From Winogradskyella sp. (GTDB taxonomy: Bacteria > Bacteroidota > Bacteroidia > Flavobacteriales > Flavobacteriaceae): a DNA stretch of 64,000 nt. The notes below the pieces were generated by a model. It worked only from the letters and a program-made list of their open reading frames with translations. It was not told the origin of the DNA and ran no database searches. The stretch is taken from contig JBMYXP010000001.1 in NCBI GenBank assembly GCA_049608525.1, positions 30,052 to 94,051 of the forward strand, given 5' to 3'. Positions 19,401 to 28,990 of this stretch are shown in pieces (position 1 is the stretch's first letter; each line of letters starts with the position of its first letter). Made by a program: the position numbers and the translations under genes.

Positions 19401-20268
19401 TCGTTGGTAAAGGTTGTATTCTTTTACCGTTACCACTACTAATATTTACATAATAATAGGTTTTGTCTGTATAAAGATTTATATTAGTGTTGCTCTCTTC
19501 ACTAAAGGTTTTTGGACCTTCTCCATAAAATAAAATATAGTCATTGGTGTTAAATTCACCATCGGCTTCTCCAACAAATTTTATAGCATTTTCTACAACA
19601 TCAAACGGGTAATTTTCGGCATTAGCATAAGGCAACATTCTGCCACCATTGCCATAAATTTTAATCCTTCTAGGATCTACCGAGTTGGTATTTATGCCTA
19701 AGCTGTTCAAGAAATTTTTAGTGAGTTTAAAAACACCAGATTTATCTATATAAAAACGATACCACTGCCCAGTGCTTAAAACAGAATTTGTTATAAAATT
19801 AGAAGTGTTTGTGGTATTTGAAGCACGCTTATTTTGTGTATTATAATTAATAGAAAACGCAGTAATTCTCTTATAAACACCATTGCTTTTAATTATGGGG
19901 GTTATTTCGAAATGGCATCCTTTTTTGCTACGCGCATTAGTATTAAAAAGACTAAATTGTGGTGCGTTTGGGATTTTTTTTAGATTTAAATTTGAAACAT
20001 ACACATTGCTTACAGGTTCATAAGATACGTTGCTCAGCGTTACAGAATTCTCATCAACAACACCAGTAGAAGCTTGCCATTGTGCAAAAAATGTTAATCC
20101 TTTTGCCGTATTGTAATTAAAATGCTTAGCGTCTAAGGTGAAAACTCGCGCTCTATTACCAGCAGTTTTCATAACCTCTGCATCATTCCATTCTATAATA
20201 AATTGTTTTTTTTGACTAAAAACAAGGAGTGAAAAACAACATAAAATGAGTGTATAATAATTTTTCAT
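16402..20268 (-). CDS. porU: T9SS sortase PorU (peptidase C25 family)
   Basis: SVLSTGQWYRF, LFGDGSYDYK, catalytic GHGG and TCE, AWDVYNN, own CTD (NYPNPF...KGVYVYKL). Confidence 0.93.
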   Translation of the reverse strand: MKNYYTLILCCFSLLVFSQKKQFIIEWNDAEVMKTAGNRARVFTLDAKHFNYNTAKGLTFFAQWQASTGVVDENSVTLSNVSYEPVSNVYVSNLNLKKIPNAPQFSLFNTNARSKKGCHFEITPIIKSNGVYKRITAFSINYNTQNKRASNTTNTSNFITNSVLSTGQWYRFYIDKSGVFKLTKNFLNSLGINTNSVDPRRIKIYGNGGRMLPYANAENYPFDVVENAIKFVGEADGEFNTNDYILFYGEGPKTFSEESNTNINLYTDKTYYYVNISSGNGKRIQPLPTITAAANIQIDTFKDYQFYEVDEYNLAKLGRKWFGDTFDIENQRVYEFDFPNLDTNSAVNFSIVAGSVSTTPNTTMRININNNEVSTLNFSEVNSSVLASSSSYNGALNITSDKITVTLDYDNNGNPSANAFLDYINIEATRALTFEGDQLIFKNSIVNNTPGIAEYTVSNASNVNEIWDITDRFNVFNTENTEQLASLSFKAVSGEERIYLAFSNSNVFQPLKDAKTTVANQNLKGTIFNNEQGQFEDIDYIIVTPTILASQAERLAQINRTKYNLNVKVVTLNDIYTEFSTGSQDIAAIRNFVKYVYDNASSPNNRLKYLCLFGDGSYDYKDRIRNNTNLVPSWHAISSFSLSSSYVSDDFYGMLNDNEGNMFTSDKLDIAIGRILVEDVQRAKDMVDKIEAYYQKEAFGSWRNNAIVISDDVDRYQPANDWERVLQETTDALGTEIETEKPEMNVIKIHTDAFQQEASAAGNRYPKVNKAIKDAIQAGALVVNYFGHGGEDGLAKERIYDKIDAQEVNNICKFNLFVTITCEYTKFDDPNRETAGEYTFWNKNGGAIALITTTRQISVDVGVSFNEVLSDYLFAFGSNDYPSMAEALRLTKNDIGNLSRRLVFFIGDPAMKLAFPKPNIRLTKVNGIDITQPIDTLKALSYTKLSGEVTDANGNLLSNYNGKLTATVFDKRINRQTLANDGTVDDNTGEVIILDFTTLGEVIFKGQATVANGQFEFDFIVPRDISIPVGNGKVSFYAQANIGLTDQTGSNFDIKIGGINENAPEDNIGPVINLYMNDENFVSGGITNESPTFLAKLQDENGINTASGIGHNITAILDGDETNPIILNDYYQADIDDYTKGTVTYPFRDLEPGMHTITFKAWDVYNNSSTAEIQFNVFDKDEALVIDNVLNYPNPFVSYTEFWFNHNSADTLDISVQIFTVTGKLVRTLNGQTTGGSKSVSSLSKDIVWDGRDDFGDKIGKGVYVYKLKVKSNRLNKQVEKIQKLVIL

Positions 20269-20344
20269 TAATAGGTATAATGTTAAACATACAAGTATAT
20301 TAACGAGAACTTACGTTGTATATTATTAGCTTTATTTTTTATTT

Positions 20345-20352
20345 CAAAATTA
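20345..20352 (-). promoter_or_regulatory. -7 element TAATTTTG for porU
   Basis: Matches TAnnTTTG on the minus strand. Confidence 0.45.
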
Positions 20353-20549
20353 CAATATTTTATGAGGTGTCTCGTTATTATAGAGCAAAATGCGTTAAGC
20401 TAAACTTCAAAATAATTTTCAAACAAAATAAAAGACAATAACAAAATATACATTTTTATCTCTTTTTTTAATTTGAAAAATTGTTAGTTTACCTTTAATT
20501 GCTATATTGCAAGTCTAAAAATTTAACGCGCATACTTAAACGTACACAA

Positions 20550-22229
20550 ATGAAAAACGTCTTAACCCTAAAATTTTTAATAACATTAGCCATTTGCATT
20601 ACCATAGTTGGTTGCAAACGCTCCTCTAACTCTAGCAGTAATGTAGATAGTGCTACAGGATGGAAGATTAATGATAAAAAAGGTGGATTTCAATATAACA
20701 CAAAGTTTGAAGAGCAAGAAACCCCTCCAGGAACTGCATTTGTAGAAGGTGGTACCTTTACCATGGGTAAAGTACAAGATGACCCAATGCACGATTGGAA
20801 TAACTCTCCAAGTCAGCAACACCTTCAATCTTTTTATATGGATGAAAATGAGGTTACTAATTTAAATTATTTAATTTATTTAGATTATTTAAAAACAGTT
20901 TACCCACCAGAAGATGAAAATTTTGCTCTAATATATAAAGGTGCATTACCAGACACCTTAGTATGGAGAAATAGATTAGGTTATAATGAAATGATGATTG
21001 AAAATTATCTGCGTCATCCTGGTTATGCCAATTATCCTGTGGTAGGAGTTAGTTGGATACAAGCTGTTGAATATGCAGATTGGAGAACAGACCGTGTTGC
21101 AGAAATGGCATTACAAGAGGCTGGCTATATTAAAAGAGATGCACAATATACAGATGTAAACGCAGAAAGCACATTTAGTACAGACACCTATATTAATGCA
21201 CCATCGATGACTTATGGTGGTGATGAAGCTATTAATGCTGGTGGAAAACGTAAGCCACAAACTGATGCTAACGGAAACCCAATGAACGTATATGCTAAAA
21301 GAGAATCTGGTATAATACCTGTAAAATATAGATTGCCAACAGAAGCAGAATGGGAATATGCTGCTTTAGGTATGAGTGAAGTAAGAGATTATAACGCTTA
21401 TAGGGGTCGTAAAAAATACCCTTGGGATGGGCAATACACAAGATCTGGTAAACGCTCTAACATAGGAGACCAATTAGCCAACTTTAAGCAGGGTAAAGGT
21501 GATTATGGTGGTATTGGTGGTTGGTCTGATGATGGTGCAGATATTACAGCCGAGGTAAAATCTTACAAGCCAAATGATTACGGGCTATATGATATGGCTG
21601 GTAATGTTGCAGAATGGGTTGCGGATGTTTACAGACCAATTGTAGATGACGAGTTTAATGATTTTAACTATTATAGAGGCAACGTCTATACTAAAAACGA
21701 GATCACAGAAGACGGTACACCAAGAATAATAACAAGTACAGAAATTGTTTATGATACGCTCAGTAACGGTAAGGTTGTTGCTCGAGATTTACCTGGTGAA
21801 ATTGCAACAATACCTATTGATGATGTAGAAACGTATTTAAGATCTAATTTTGATAAAAGTGACAATAGAAATTATAGAGACGGTGATAAGCGCTCATCTC
21901 GTTATTACAGAGAAAATTTTGATGACGAAGATATAGCTCAAAAAGACATGACTAAAAAAATGTATAATTCACCAAATCATACTATTTTTAAAGATACTAT
22001 TAAAGGTGTAATTAGAAGTGTTTATGATAATTCTGATAGCAGAACAACCTTAATTAATGACGAAGTAAGAGTTTATAAAGGTGGCTCTTGGAGAGACAGA
22101 GCCTATTGGATTGATCCAGCACAACGTCGTTTTTTTCCAGAAGATATGGCAGCTGATTACATTGGCTTTAGATGTGCAGTATCTAGAGTTGGTTCTAAAT
22201 CTCAAGGGAGTAAGAAAAAACGTAATTAA
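20550..22229 (+). CDS. gldJ: Gliding motility lipoprotein GldJ
   Basis: Lipobox IVGC. FGE-sulfatase fold motifs (RLPTEAEWEYAA, GLYDMAGNVAEW, GFRC). Divergent from porU. Likely start is ATG 20550. Confidence 0.92.
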   Translation: MKNVLTLKFLITLAICITIVGCKRSSNSSSNVDSATGWKINDKKGGFQYNTKFEEQETPPGTAFVEGGTFTMGKVQDDPMHDWNNSPSQQHLQSFYMDENEVTNLNYLIYLDYLKTVYPPEDENFALIYKGALPDTLVWRNRLGYNEMMIENYLRHPGYANYPVVGVSWIQAVEYADWRTDRVAEMALQEAGYIKRDAQYTDVNAESTFSTDTYINAPSMTYGGDEAINAGGKRKPQTDANGNPMNVYAKRESGIIPVKYRLPTEAEWEYAALGMSEVRDYNAYRGRKKYPWDGQYTRSGKRSNIGDQLANFKQGKGDYGGIGGWSDDGADITAEVKSYKPNDYGLYDMAGNVAEWVADVYRPIVDDEFNDFNYYRGNVYTKNEITEDGTPRIITSTEIVYDTLSNGKVVARDLPGEIATIPIDDVETYLRSNFDKSDNRNYRDGDKRSSRYYRENFDDEDIAQKDMTKKMYNSPNHTIFKDTIKGVIRSVYDNSDSRTTLINDEVRVYKGGSWRDRAYWIDPAQRRFFPEDMAADYIGFRCAVSRVGSKSQGSKKKRN

Positions 22230-22246
22230 AATAATGCAAGTATCAT

Positions 22247-22284
22247 AAAAAAGAGGTTTCTGTTTTAAATAGAAACCTCTTTTT
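22247..22284. terminator. Bidirectional terminator between gldJ and rsmG
   Basis: AAAAAGAGGTTTCT/AGAAACCTCTTTTT hairpin. Confidence 0.85.
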
Positions 22285-22390
22285 GTTTTACACTTATTAC
22301 AACACTTTAAAACGGGGTGATTAAAATCTATTTTCTTTAAGCTCGTATTATACGGCTTATGCTAATGATTATAATTAAACTCTAATGGTG

Positions 22391-23017
22391 TTATCTGTAT
22401 TTAATAGGTAAATAGATTACTTTCTTGGTTTCAAAAAAAGCCTCACTAAAATAATCTGAAAGTAAAAAAGCTTTAACACTCTTATACGCTTTTAATTCTT
22501 CTGTTAAATCTCCTCCTTTTAAATATAAAATTCCATTTTTAAAAGCATTCTGTTGCTGTTTAGCAATTTTACCTTTAACCCAAGTGGTAAATTCTGGCAT
22601 TGTAGTAACGGCTCTACTTACTATAAAATCAAAAGTTTCATCTATTGCTTCAACTCTGCTATGTGTGGTTTTAACGTTTGTTAAACCTATAGTTTCACTT
22701 ACTGCATTTATAACTTTTAACTTTTTATTTATACTATCAACTAAATGAAACTTACAATTTGGAAACAAAATTGCTAACGGAACACCAGGGAAACCACCAC
22801 CTGTTCCTACATCTAAAATTGAAGAGTTATCTGTAAACTGAATAATTTTGGCTATCCCCAAAGAGTGCAGCACATGTTTTAAATAAAGCGCATCAATATC
22901 CTTACGAGATATTACATTTATTTTGCTATTCCAGTCTTTATACAAAACTTCTAAATCTTTAAATTGCTGAATTTGAAGCGCTGTTAAATTAGGAAAATAC
23001 TTAAGAATTAACTCCAT
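22391..23017 (-). CDS. rsmG: 16S rRNA m7G527 methyltransferase
   Basis: WNSKINVISR, LDVGTGGGFPG, VSRAV. Confidence 0.95.
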   Translation of the reverse strand: MELILKYFPNLTALQIQQFKDLEVLYKDWNSKINVISRKDIDALYLKHVLHSLGIAKIIQFTDNSSILDVGTGGGFPGVPLAILFPNCKFHLVDSINKKLKVINAVSETIGLTNVKTTHSRVEAIDETFDFIVSRAVTTMPEFTTWVKGKIAKQQQNAFKNGILYLKGGDLTEELKAYKSVKAFLLSDYFSEAFFETKKVIYLPIKYR

Positions 23018-23096
23018 AACTTTAATTTTTTCAAAAATACTTATTTTAATATGGATAATTTAACGTAACAGTTAACAATTGAAATCAATAATTAAC

Positions 23097-23104
23097 TATC
23101 TTTG
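23097..23104 (+). promoter_or_regulatory. -7 element TATCTTTG for the desaturase
   Basis: Canonical TAnnTTTG. Confidence 0.55.
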
Positions 23105-23159
23105 AATCTGCTATAATATGACTTCTAAATATTACGTTATAGCTTAAAAAATTAATTAT

Positions 23160-24260
23160 ATGGCAAAGCAAACACTATCTTTCTCAAGATCTGATTCAGC
23201 CAAGTTTTTTAGAACTTTAAATAAGCGTGTAAACTCCTACTTTAAGGACAACAATATTAAACGTACAGGTAATTGGCAACTTTGGTTAAAAACCAGTGTA
23301 ATGTTTGCACTATTTTTAGCACCATACTTTTTATTAATTACATTAAACATTCCCACTTGGGCACAATTACTTTTAACTATTGTTATGGGTATTGGTATGG
23401 CAGGAGTTGGTATGAATGTAATGCACGATGGTAATCATGGTTCATTTTCTAACAAAGAATGGGTAAACCGATTAATGGGCAGCAGTATTTATATTTTAGC
23501 TGGTAATGTTTATAATTGGAAAGTGCAACACAATGTCCTTCACCACACCTACACAAACATTCATGGTCATGATGAAGACTTAGAAGCTGGCAGAATTTTG
23601 CGTTTTTCTAAACACTCAGAATGGCGCAAACATCATAAATTTCAGCATTACTATTCTGTTTTATTGTACGGTTTATTAACCATAAATTGGGCAATTACAA
23701 CAGATTTTCAACAAATGAGACGTTACATGAAGCGTAAGTTGTCTTACGGTAAGCTTCCAAATCCATTTGTAAACTGGAGTAAATTAGTAATTTCTAAAGT
23801 TATTTATATTTCTATGTGGATAATAATTCCGATGGTGTTTACAGATTTGGCTTGGTATAAAGTTTTAATAGGCTTTTTAATAATGCACTATGTTGCAGGT
23901 TTAATTTTAAGTGTTGTATTTCAATTGGCACATGTAATGGAAGAGGCAGAAATGCCAATACCACAAGAAGACGGTACAATGAAAAATACGTGGGCAATAC
24001 ACCAATTAAATACTACAGTAAATTTTGGTGCTAAAAGTTGGTTAATTAATTGGTACACTGGTGGTTTAAATCATCAAGTAGAGCATCATATTTTTCCTCA
24101 TATTAGCCACGTACATTATGGCAGAATAGCAAAGATTGTTAAAGCTACAGCCAAAGAATTTAATTTACCATACAAAGAATACGAAACTACACGAAAAGCT
24201 ATTGCAGCACATTTTAGATTTTTAAAAGAAATGGGAATGCAACCTGCAATACAGGCCTAA
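23160..24260 (+). CDS. Membrane fatty acid (acyl-CoA) desaturase
   Basis: His boxes HDGNH, HNVLHH and QVEHH; TM helices. Confidence 0.92.
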   Translation: MAKQTLSFSRSDSAKFFRTLNKRVNSYFKDNNIKRTGNWQLWLKTSVMFALFLAPYFLLITLNIPTWAQLLLTIVMGIGMAGVGMNVMHDGNHGSFSNKEWVNRLMGSSIYILAGNVYNWKVQHNVLHHTYTNIHGHDEDLEAGRILRFSKHSEWRKHHKFQHYYSVLLYGLLTINWAITTDFQQMRRYMKRKLSYGKLPNPFVNWSKLVISKVIYISMWIIIPMVFTDLAWYKVLIGFLIMHYVAGLILSVVFQLAHVMEEAEMPIPQEDGTMKNTWAIHQLNTTVNFGAKSWLINWYTGGLNHQVEHHIFPHISHVHYGRIAKIVKATAKEFNLPYKEYETTRKAIAAHFRFLKEMGMQPAIQA

Positions 24261-24278
24261 TTATATATTTAACCGCAC

Positions 24279-25463
24279 ATGAATCAACTTTCTGATAGAG
24301 TTAACAATCTATCTACATCAGCAACTCTAGCAATGGCAGCAAAAGCCAGACAATTACGTGCAGAGGGAAAAGACATTATTGGATTAAGCTTAGGCGAACC
24401 AGATTTTAATACTCCAGATTTTATTAAAAACGCTGCAATAGAAGCTATAAATCAAAACTATAATAGCTATACTCCAGTAGATGGTTATGTAGAGTTAAAA
24501 GAAGCAATAATTACAAAATTTAAGCGCGATAATAACCTCAGTTTCTCTGCATCTCAGATTGTGGTTTCTACAGGCGCAAAACAAGCATTATACAACGTAG
24601 CTTCTGTAATGTTAAACATAGGAGATGAAGTAATTTTACCTTGCCCTTATTGGGTTAGTTATAGTGATATTGTTAAGCTAAACGGTGGTGTGCCAGTTGA
24701 AGTAAAAACATCTATTGAAGATGATTTTAAAATGACGGCTACACAACTTGAAGCTGCAATTACACCAAAAACAAAAATGATTTGGTTCAGTTCTCCTTGC
24801 AACCCAAGCGGATCGGTGTACAGCAAAGAAGAGTTAAGAGCAATTGCAGATGTTTTACAAAATCACCCCAATATTTATGTAGTTTCAGATGAAATCTATG
24901 AACATATTAACTTTATTGGTGGTCATTTTAGTATGGCAGAATTTAGTGATATGTACGACAGAACTATTACGGTAAATGGTGTGTCAAAAGCATTTGCAAT
25001 GACTGGCTGGAGAATAGGTTATATAGGTGCACCAAATTGGATTGCTAGAGCCTGCAATAAAATTCAGGGACAGATAACGAGTGGTGCAAATTGTATTGCG
25101 CAACGTGCAGTAATTACTGCTTTAGAAGCACCTCCATCAAAAATAAAATATATGATAGATGAATTTAAAACCAGACGACAACTGATTTTAGATTTATTAA
25201 GTAATGTTGAAGGTTTTAAAACTAATGAACCCGAAGGTGCTTTTTATGTTTTTCCAGATATATCTTACTACTTTGGTAAAAGTATTAAAGGCACAACAAT
25301 AAACAATGCAACTGACCTGTCTTTGTTTTTACTAGAAGAAGCTTTGGTTGCTACTGTTACAGGTGAAGCCTTTGGAAATCCAAACTGTATTCGTATCTCT
25401 TACGCTGCTTCTCAAGATAATATTAAAGATGCAATTGCACGTATAAAAAACGCATTAAGCTAA
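24279..25463 (+). CDS. PLP-dependent class I aminotransferase (aspartate aminotransferase-like)
   Basis: LGEPDF, NPSG, SDEIY, SKAFAMTGWRIG. Confidence 0.92.
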   Translation: MNQLSDRVNNLSTSATLAMAAKARQLRAEGKDIIGLSLGEPDFNTPDFIKNAAIEAINQNYNSYTPVDGYVELKEAIITKFKRDNNLSFSASQIVVSTGAKQALYNVASVMLNIGDEVILPCPYWVSYSDIVKLNGGVPVEVKTSIEDDFKMTATQLEAAITPKTKMIWFSSPCNPSGSVYSKEELRAIADVLQNHPNIYVVSDEIYEHINFIGGHFSMAEFSDMYDRTITVNGVSKAFAMTGWRIGYIGAPNWIARACNKIQGQITSGANCIAQRAVITALEAPPSKIKYMIDEFKTRRQLILDLLSNVEGFKTNEPEGAFYVFPDISYYFGKSIKGTTINNATDLSLFLLEEALVATVTGEAFGNPNCIRISYAASQDNIKDAIARIKNALS

Positions 25464-25480
25464 AATTATAATTTATTCTC

Positions 25481-25519
25481 AAAAAAGCTATAACCTTAAA
25501 TAATGTTATAGCTTTTTTT
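25481..25519. terminator. Bidirectional terminator
   Basis: AAAAAAGCTATAAC/GTTATAGCTTTTTT between convergent genes. Confidence 0.85.
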
Positions 25520-25536
25520 ATGTCGCAATTTTATCA

Positions 25537-25938
25537 TTAATAGTCAGGGTTTTTTCTATTCGCTTTCTTTTCGGCAGTTTTACGCTTATTTGTTAAACGT
25601 TTTTTTATAACGGATCTTGGTATTTTTGTTGGCAAACGTTTTTTATTTTCTTTTAAACCTTCTTCTAATAAAGTGAAAAAACGCTGTGTTACTATAGCTT
25701 TGTTTCTATATTGACTTCGACTTTCATCACAGCTTAATATTAAAATATTGCTTTTATTAATTCGGTTTTTAAAAAATTCTAAAAGTTTTTGTTTTTGGTA
25801 GTCTTTTAAAACAATAGAGGCTTCAATATTAAAATATAATTCTGCTTTTGATGATACTTTGTTAACATGTTGACCACCGCTACCAGAACTGCGTACAAAT
25901 TTATAAGTTAACTCAGTTTTTAGTAATTCAAAATTCAT
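25537..25938 (-). CDS. arfB: Ribosome rescue peptidyl-tRNA hydrolase ArfB
   Basis: RSSGSGGQHVNK (GGQ motif), RSQYRN, basic C-terminal tail. Confidence 0.93.
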   Translation of the reverse strand: MNFELLKTELTYKFVRSSGSGGQHVNKVSSKAELYFNIEASIVLKDYQKQKLLEFFKNRINKSNILILSCDESRSQYRNKAIVTQRFFTLLEEGLKENKKRLPTKIPRSVIKKRLTNKRKTAEKKANRKNPDY

Positions 25939-25940
25939 AA

Positions 25941-27497
25941 TTACTCAATTTGGTGTGGGTGTTTTAATAAGTCATTTACCGTTTTTACAGGGTTAAAAGT
26001 AATGATTGGCACTTCGACAAAAATAGTATTCCAGTTTGCCATACTTCCATTCCAAAGTCCAGGCAGCTCTAATGCTTTTAAATCTTTGCCTGCTTTTGTT
26101 TTTAGGGTTATAAATGCGGCATTAGCATCTACATAGTTTTCTAAATCAAAGGGTTTACCTTTGTAGTTTTTTACACCACAAACTAAATCTACAGGATTAA
26201 AATGCGTTGCGTTTTTTAAAATTACTTTTTGTGAGTTGTCTTTTTGGTTAATTTGAGCGGACTCTACAATCTGCAGAGACTGGTTACCATCTTGGTCTTT
26301 TACCCAAAATGGTCCGCCCCCAGGTTCACCTTCATTTTGTACCATACCACAAACTCTAATTGGTCTGTTTAGTTTTTGGCGTAAATAGTCTATTTTATAG
26401 ATATTCGAATATTTTTTATAGTCTTTAGAAATTCTTACGCTTAGCTCTTGGGTTAAAAAGGCTTCGATTTCAGCAAATTTATCCTCGCTATTTTTTTGTT
26501 GATCTAAGTCTCTTAAAAACCCAAAGCTTTTAGCTTGCAATTTTAATAAAATGCCAGCTAGTACTTTTTTATATTTAGAAACTTCTTTTTTATATTTTTT
26601 TACAACAACATTATCTATATTTTTAACAAATATAAGATCTGCATTGAGTGCATTTAGATTTTTTAATAACGCACCATGACCAGATGGTCTAAAGAGTAAA
26701 GACCCATCATCGTTTCTAAAAGGTTTATTTTTTAATGTAACCGCAATAGTATCTGTTGATTGGTGTTGGTAAGAAAACGAAATATTAAAAGTAACCCCAG
26801 TTTTTTGCTCAACGTCTGCTTTAATTCGCCTCAATTCTTCGGTAAATTTATCTTTAAAACGTTCTGAAATTGTAAAATGAAGTTTTGCATTGTTACTGCT
26901 CGAAACATATAATGCTGCCTCGTATAGATGTTCTTCAAAAGCCGTAGATATATGATGTTCTTTATACCCATGAAATGGCAATAATCCTTTTGGATAATTA
27001 CCAAAATCTAACTCTGCGTTATCTAACATGGCATTTGCAAAGTGCCACGCTTTTTCGCTTTGAGATAACGTATTAAAAATAATTCCGTTAGCTTTAAGCT
27101 GATTTATAACTTGGTCGTAAAACGGTAATTTTTCTAACCCAACTAAAAAAAGTGATAAATCCTTAATTTTATTCTTATTTATATACGCATTTATAGATTC
27201 TACTTTTGGGTTATACGCTTTAACAAACTTAAACAGAAACTTAAACATGCGTGTTGCTGCACCAGATGCTGGTACAAACTTTAATAAAGACAACTCGTTT
27301 TTATTTGTTTGAAAATAAGAAACAAATTCCTCAATTAAGTCTGTGTTGAGTTGCGTAATTCCGTTTCCTAAAGTTGCTGCCTCTGAGATGTTAGTGTAAG
27401 GCATACCCGATTTAAAAATGTTAATCTGAGACTCTACAGTTGTAACTGTTAAGCCTTTTGCTTCTATTTGTTGTATATCGTTGTCTGTAAAATTCAT
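25941..27497 (-). CDS. DUF4301 family protein (nucleotide-diphospho-sugar transferase-like)
   Basis: KFVPASGAATRMFK, RPSGHGALL, KNIDNV, GEPGGGPFW, FNPVKTV. Confidence 0.8.
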   Translation of the reverse strand: MNFTDNDIQQIEAKGLTVTTVESQINIFKSGMPYTNISEAATLGNGITQLNTDLIEEFVSYFQTNKNELSLLKFVPASGAATRMFKFLFKFVKAYNPKVESINAYINKNKIKDLSLFLVGLEKLPFYDQVINQLKANGIIFNTLSQSEKAWHFANAMLDNAELDFGNYPKGLLPFHGYKEHHISTAFEEHLYEAALYVSSSNNAKLHFTISERFKDKFTEELRRIKADVEQKTGVTFNISFSYQHQSTDTIAVTLKNKPFRNDDGSLLFRPSGHGALLKNLNALNADLIFVKNIDNVVVKKYKKEVSKYKKVLAGILLKLQAKSFGFLRDLDQQKNSEDKFAEIEAFLTQELSVRISKDYKKYSNIYKIDYLRQKLNRPIRVCGMVQNEGEPGGGPFWVKDQDGNQSLQIVESAQINQKDNSQKVILKNATHFNPVDLVCGVKNYKGKPFDLENYVDANAAFITLKTKAGKDLKALELPGLWNGSMANWNTIFVEVPIITFNPVKTVNDLLKHPHQIE

Positions 27498-28063
27498 TTT
27501 TGTTGTTCTAATAAATTATCAATATGCCTAACAGCTAATTTTAATCGTTCTTCTTTTGTTCCTTTTAACAACACATAAGGTTTATTGTGTGTTTTTAAAG
27601 CGGTTTCAAAAGCAGTAAACATTCGTTGTCTTTCATGGGGTTTGTCTCTTAAATCATCTGCTTCCCAAGGTGTATCAATATAGGTTAAAAAATATAAATG
27701 ATAGGTATTTTTAATTGCATATTTATTTAAAAGTACATCGCAACCTCCGTTATAATACGCTTCACTATACACTTTAGTTTCCAATAAATCGGTGTCGCAA
27801 ATTAAAACGGTATCCGTTTTATGTGCCAACTTATTTTCTAAAGCCATTTGTCCAATTGCTATGGGCAACAGATCTTTTGGCTCGCAAGTTTTACGCTTAT
27901 TATTCCATTTATTTTGAAGATATTCTCGTGCATACTCTGGCACCCAAACCGAATTGTAATATCTTGCCAATTGCCTAGAAAGTGTTGTTTTACCAGTAGA
28001 TTCTGGTCCAAATAACACAACTTTTATGCAATTACAGGGGTGTTGTTTAAGCTTTTTTTCCAT
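27494..28063 (-). CDS. NadR-type nicotinamide riboside kinase-like AAA_28 protein
   Basis: Walker A GPESTGKTT, VPEYAREY, DTD, PWEADDLR. Likely start is ATG 28063, overlapping the 3' end of pnuC. Confidence 0.85.
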   Translation of the reverse strand: MEKKLKQHPCNCIKVVLFGPESTGKTTLSRQLARYYNSVWVPEYAREYLQNKWNNKRKTCEPKDLLPIAIGQMALENKLAHKTDTVLICDTDLLETKVYSEAYYNGGCDVLLNKYAIKNTYHLYFLTYIDTPWEADDLRDKPHERQRMFTAFETALKTHNKPYVLLKGTKEERLKLAVRHIDNLLEQQK

Positions 28064-28656
28064 GCGAAATAACCTTGAATGGCTAAAATTGTAAATATTA
28101 AATATTGTAAGGAAAACATTCCCCAACCTCTATAGGCATAAAGTGGCACGGTGATTAGATTTGCAAAAATCCAAAGTGTCCAATTTTCTAATTTTTTATT
28201 TGCCATGTACCACATTGCTGTAAAAAATACGCCCGAAGTAAATATATCTATATAATTTGAAGCATCAATTTTAGTGCCGTAAGCTCTGTAAACCCCATAA
28301 GTTACAAACATGGTTAGTACAAACATTGCAAAACCTATAATTTTCTCTTTTGCGTTTGTTCTAGAAATGGGTACAACGCTTAGGTTGTCTTTTTTGCGAG
28401 ACCAGTTCCACCAGCCGTAAATACTCATTATAGAATAATAGAAATTTAGCATCATATCTCCCATTAATTCATCTTGAAAAAAAATGTAAACGGTGAGTAA
28501 TGTTGCAACAAGACCTGTTGGATAAACTAAAATATTTTGTTGTTTTGCAAATACTACACTAGCAATCCCAAACACAAATGCAATAGCTTCTAATACAATT
28601 AGATACGCTGCTCTATTGTAATAGGTTTCAAGAAAAAAATCAAAAATGTGGTTCAT
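28024..28656 (-). CDS. pnuC: PnuC-family (nicotinamide riboside/vitamin) transporter
   Basis: Multi-TM protein with YGWWNW and KKLENWTLW motifs. Confidence 0.88.
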   Translation of the reverse strand: MNHIFDFFLETYYNRAAYLIVLEAIAFVFGIASVVFAKQQNILVYPTGLVATLLTVYIFFQDELMGDMMLNFYYSIMSIYGWWNWSRKKDNLSVVPISRTNAKEKIIGFAMFVLTMFVTYGVYRAYGTKIDASNYIDIFTSGVFFTAMWYMANKKLENWTLWIFANLITVPLYAYRGWGMFSLQYLIFTILAIQGYFAWKKSLNNTPVIA

Positions 28657-28900
28657 AATCGCTTCTATCTGTTTTTACAATTTTCATTTGTAATACGGCA
28701 CTATCTATCTCGGTAAACGAACGTTTTATTTCTTGGTTTAAAAACGGCATTAGTTCATCAAAATCTCCGTATATCTGAGTGCTTAATGGATTTTCTAAAA
28801 CCTTAAATGCAGATGCTCTTAATGCTTTAATGAAGTCGATTATGTGCGGTTCGTAATTAGTCTTCAATGGTGTTAATGTTAATTCTACTGATATTTTCAT
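28640..28900 (-). CDS. Thiamine-binding/YkoF-like small protein
   Basis: MKISVELTLTPL...NPLSTQIYGDFDE pattern. Confidence 0.7.
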   Translation of the reverse strand: MKISVELTLTPLKTNYEPHIIDFIKALRASAFKVLENPLSTQIYGDFDELMPFLNQEIKRSFTEIDSAVLQMKIVKTDRSDYEPHF

Positions 28901-28937
28901 GTTTAGTGTTTAGCGAAAGCGTCTGTTTTATAATGAG

Positions 28938-28980
28938 TTATACCAATTATAATTCAAATAAAGAAAAAAAGACGTTTTAT
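28938..28980 (-). repeat. MITE family terminal fragment
   Basis: 28938-28958 is the exact reverse complement of 14470-14490 (21 bp). 28947-28969 is identical to 53613-53635 (23 bp). Confidence 0.6.
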
Positions 28981-28990
28981 TTTGTTCGTT

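Noticed and set aside
20301-20377. 8-bp inverted repeat TAACGAGA/TCTCGTTA between porU and gldJ
   Set aside because: Short arms 61 nt apart; compatible with chance.
28901-28990. TPP riboswitch upstream of the thiamine-binding/pnuC genes
   Set aside because: No GCTGAGA core on the minus strand; the region is mostly a MITE end.
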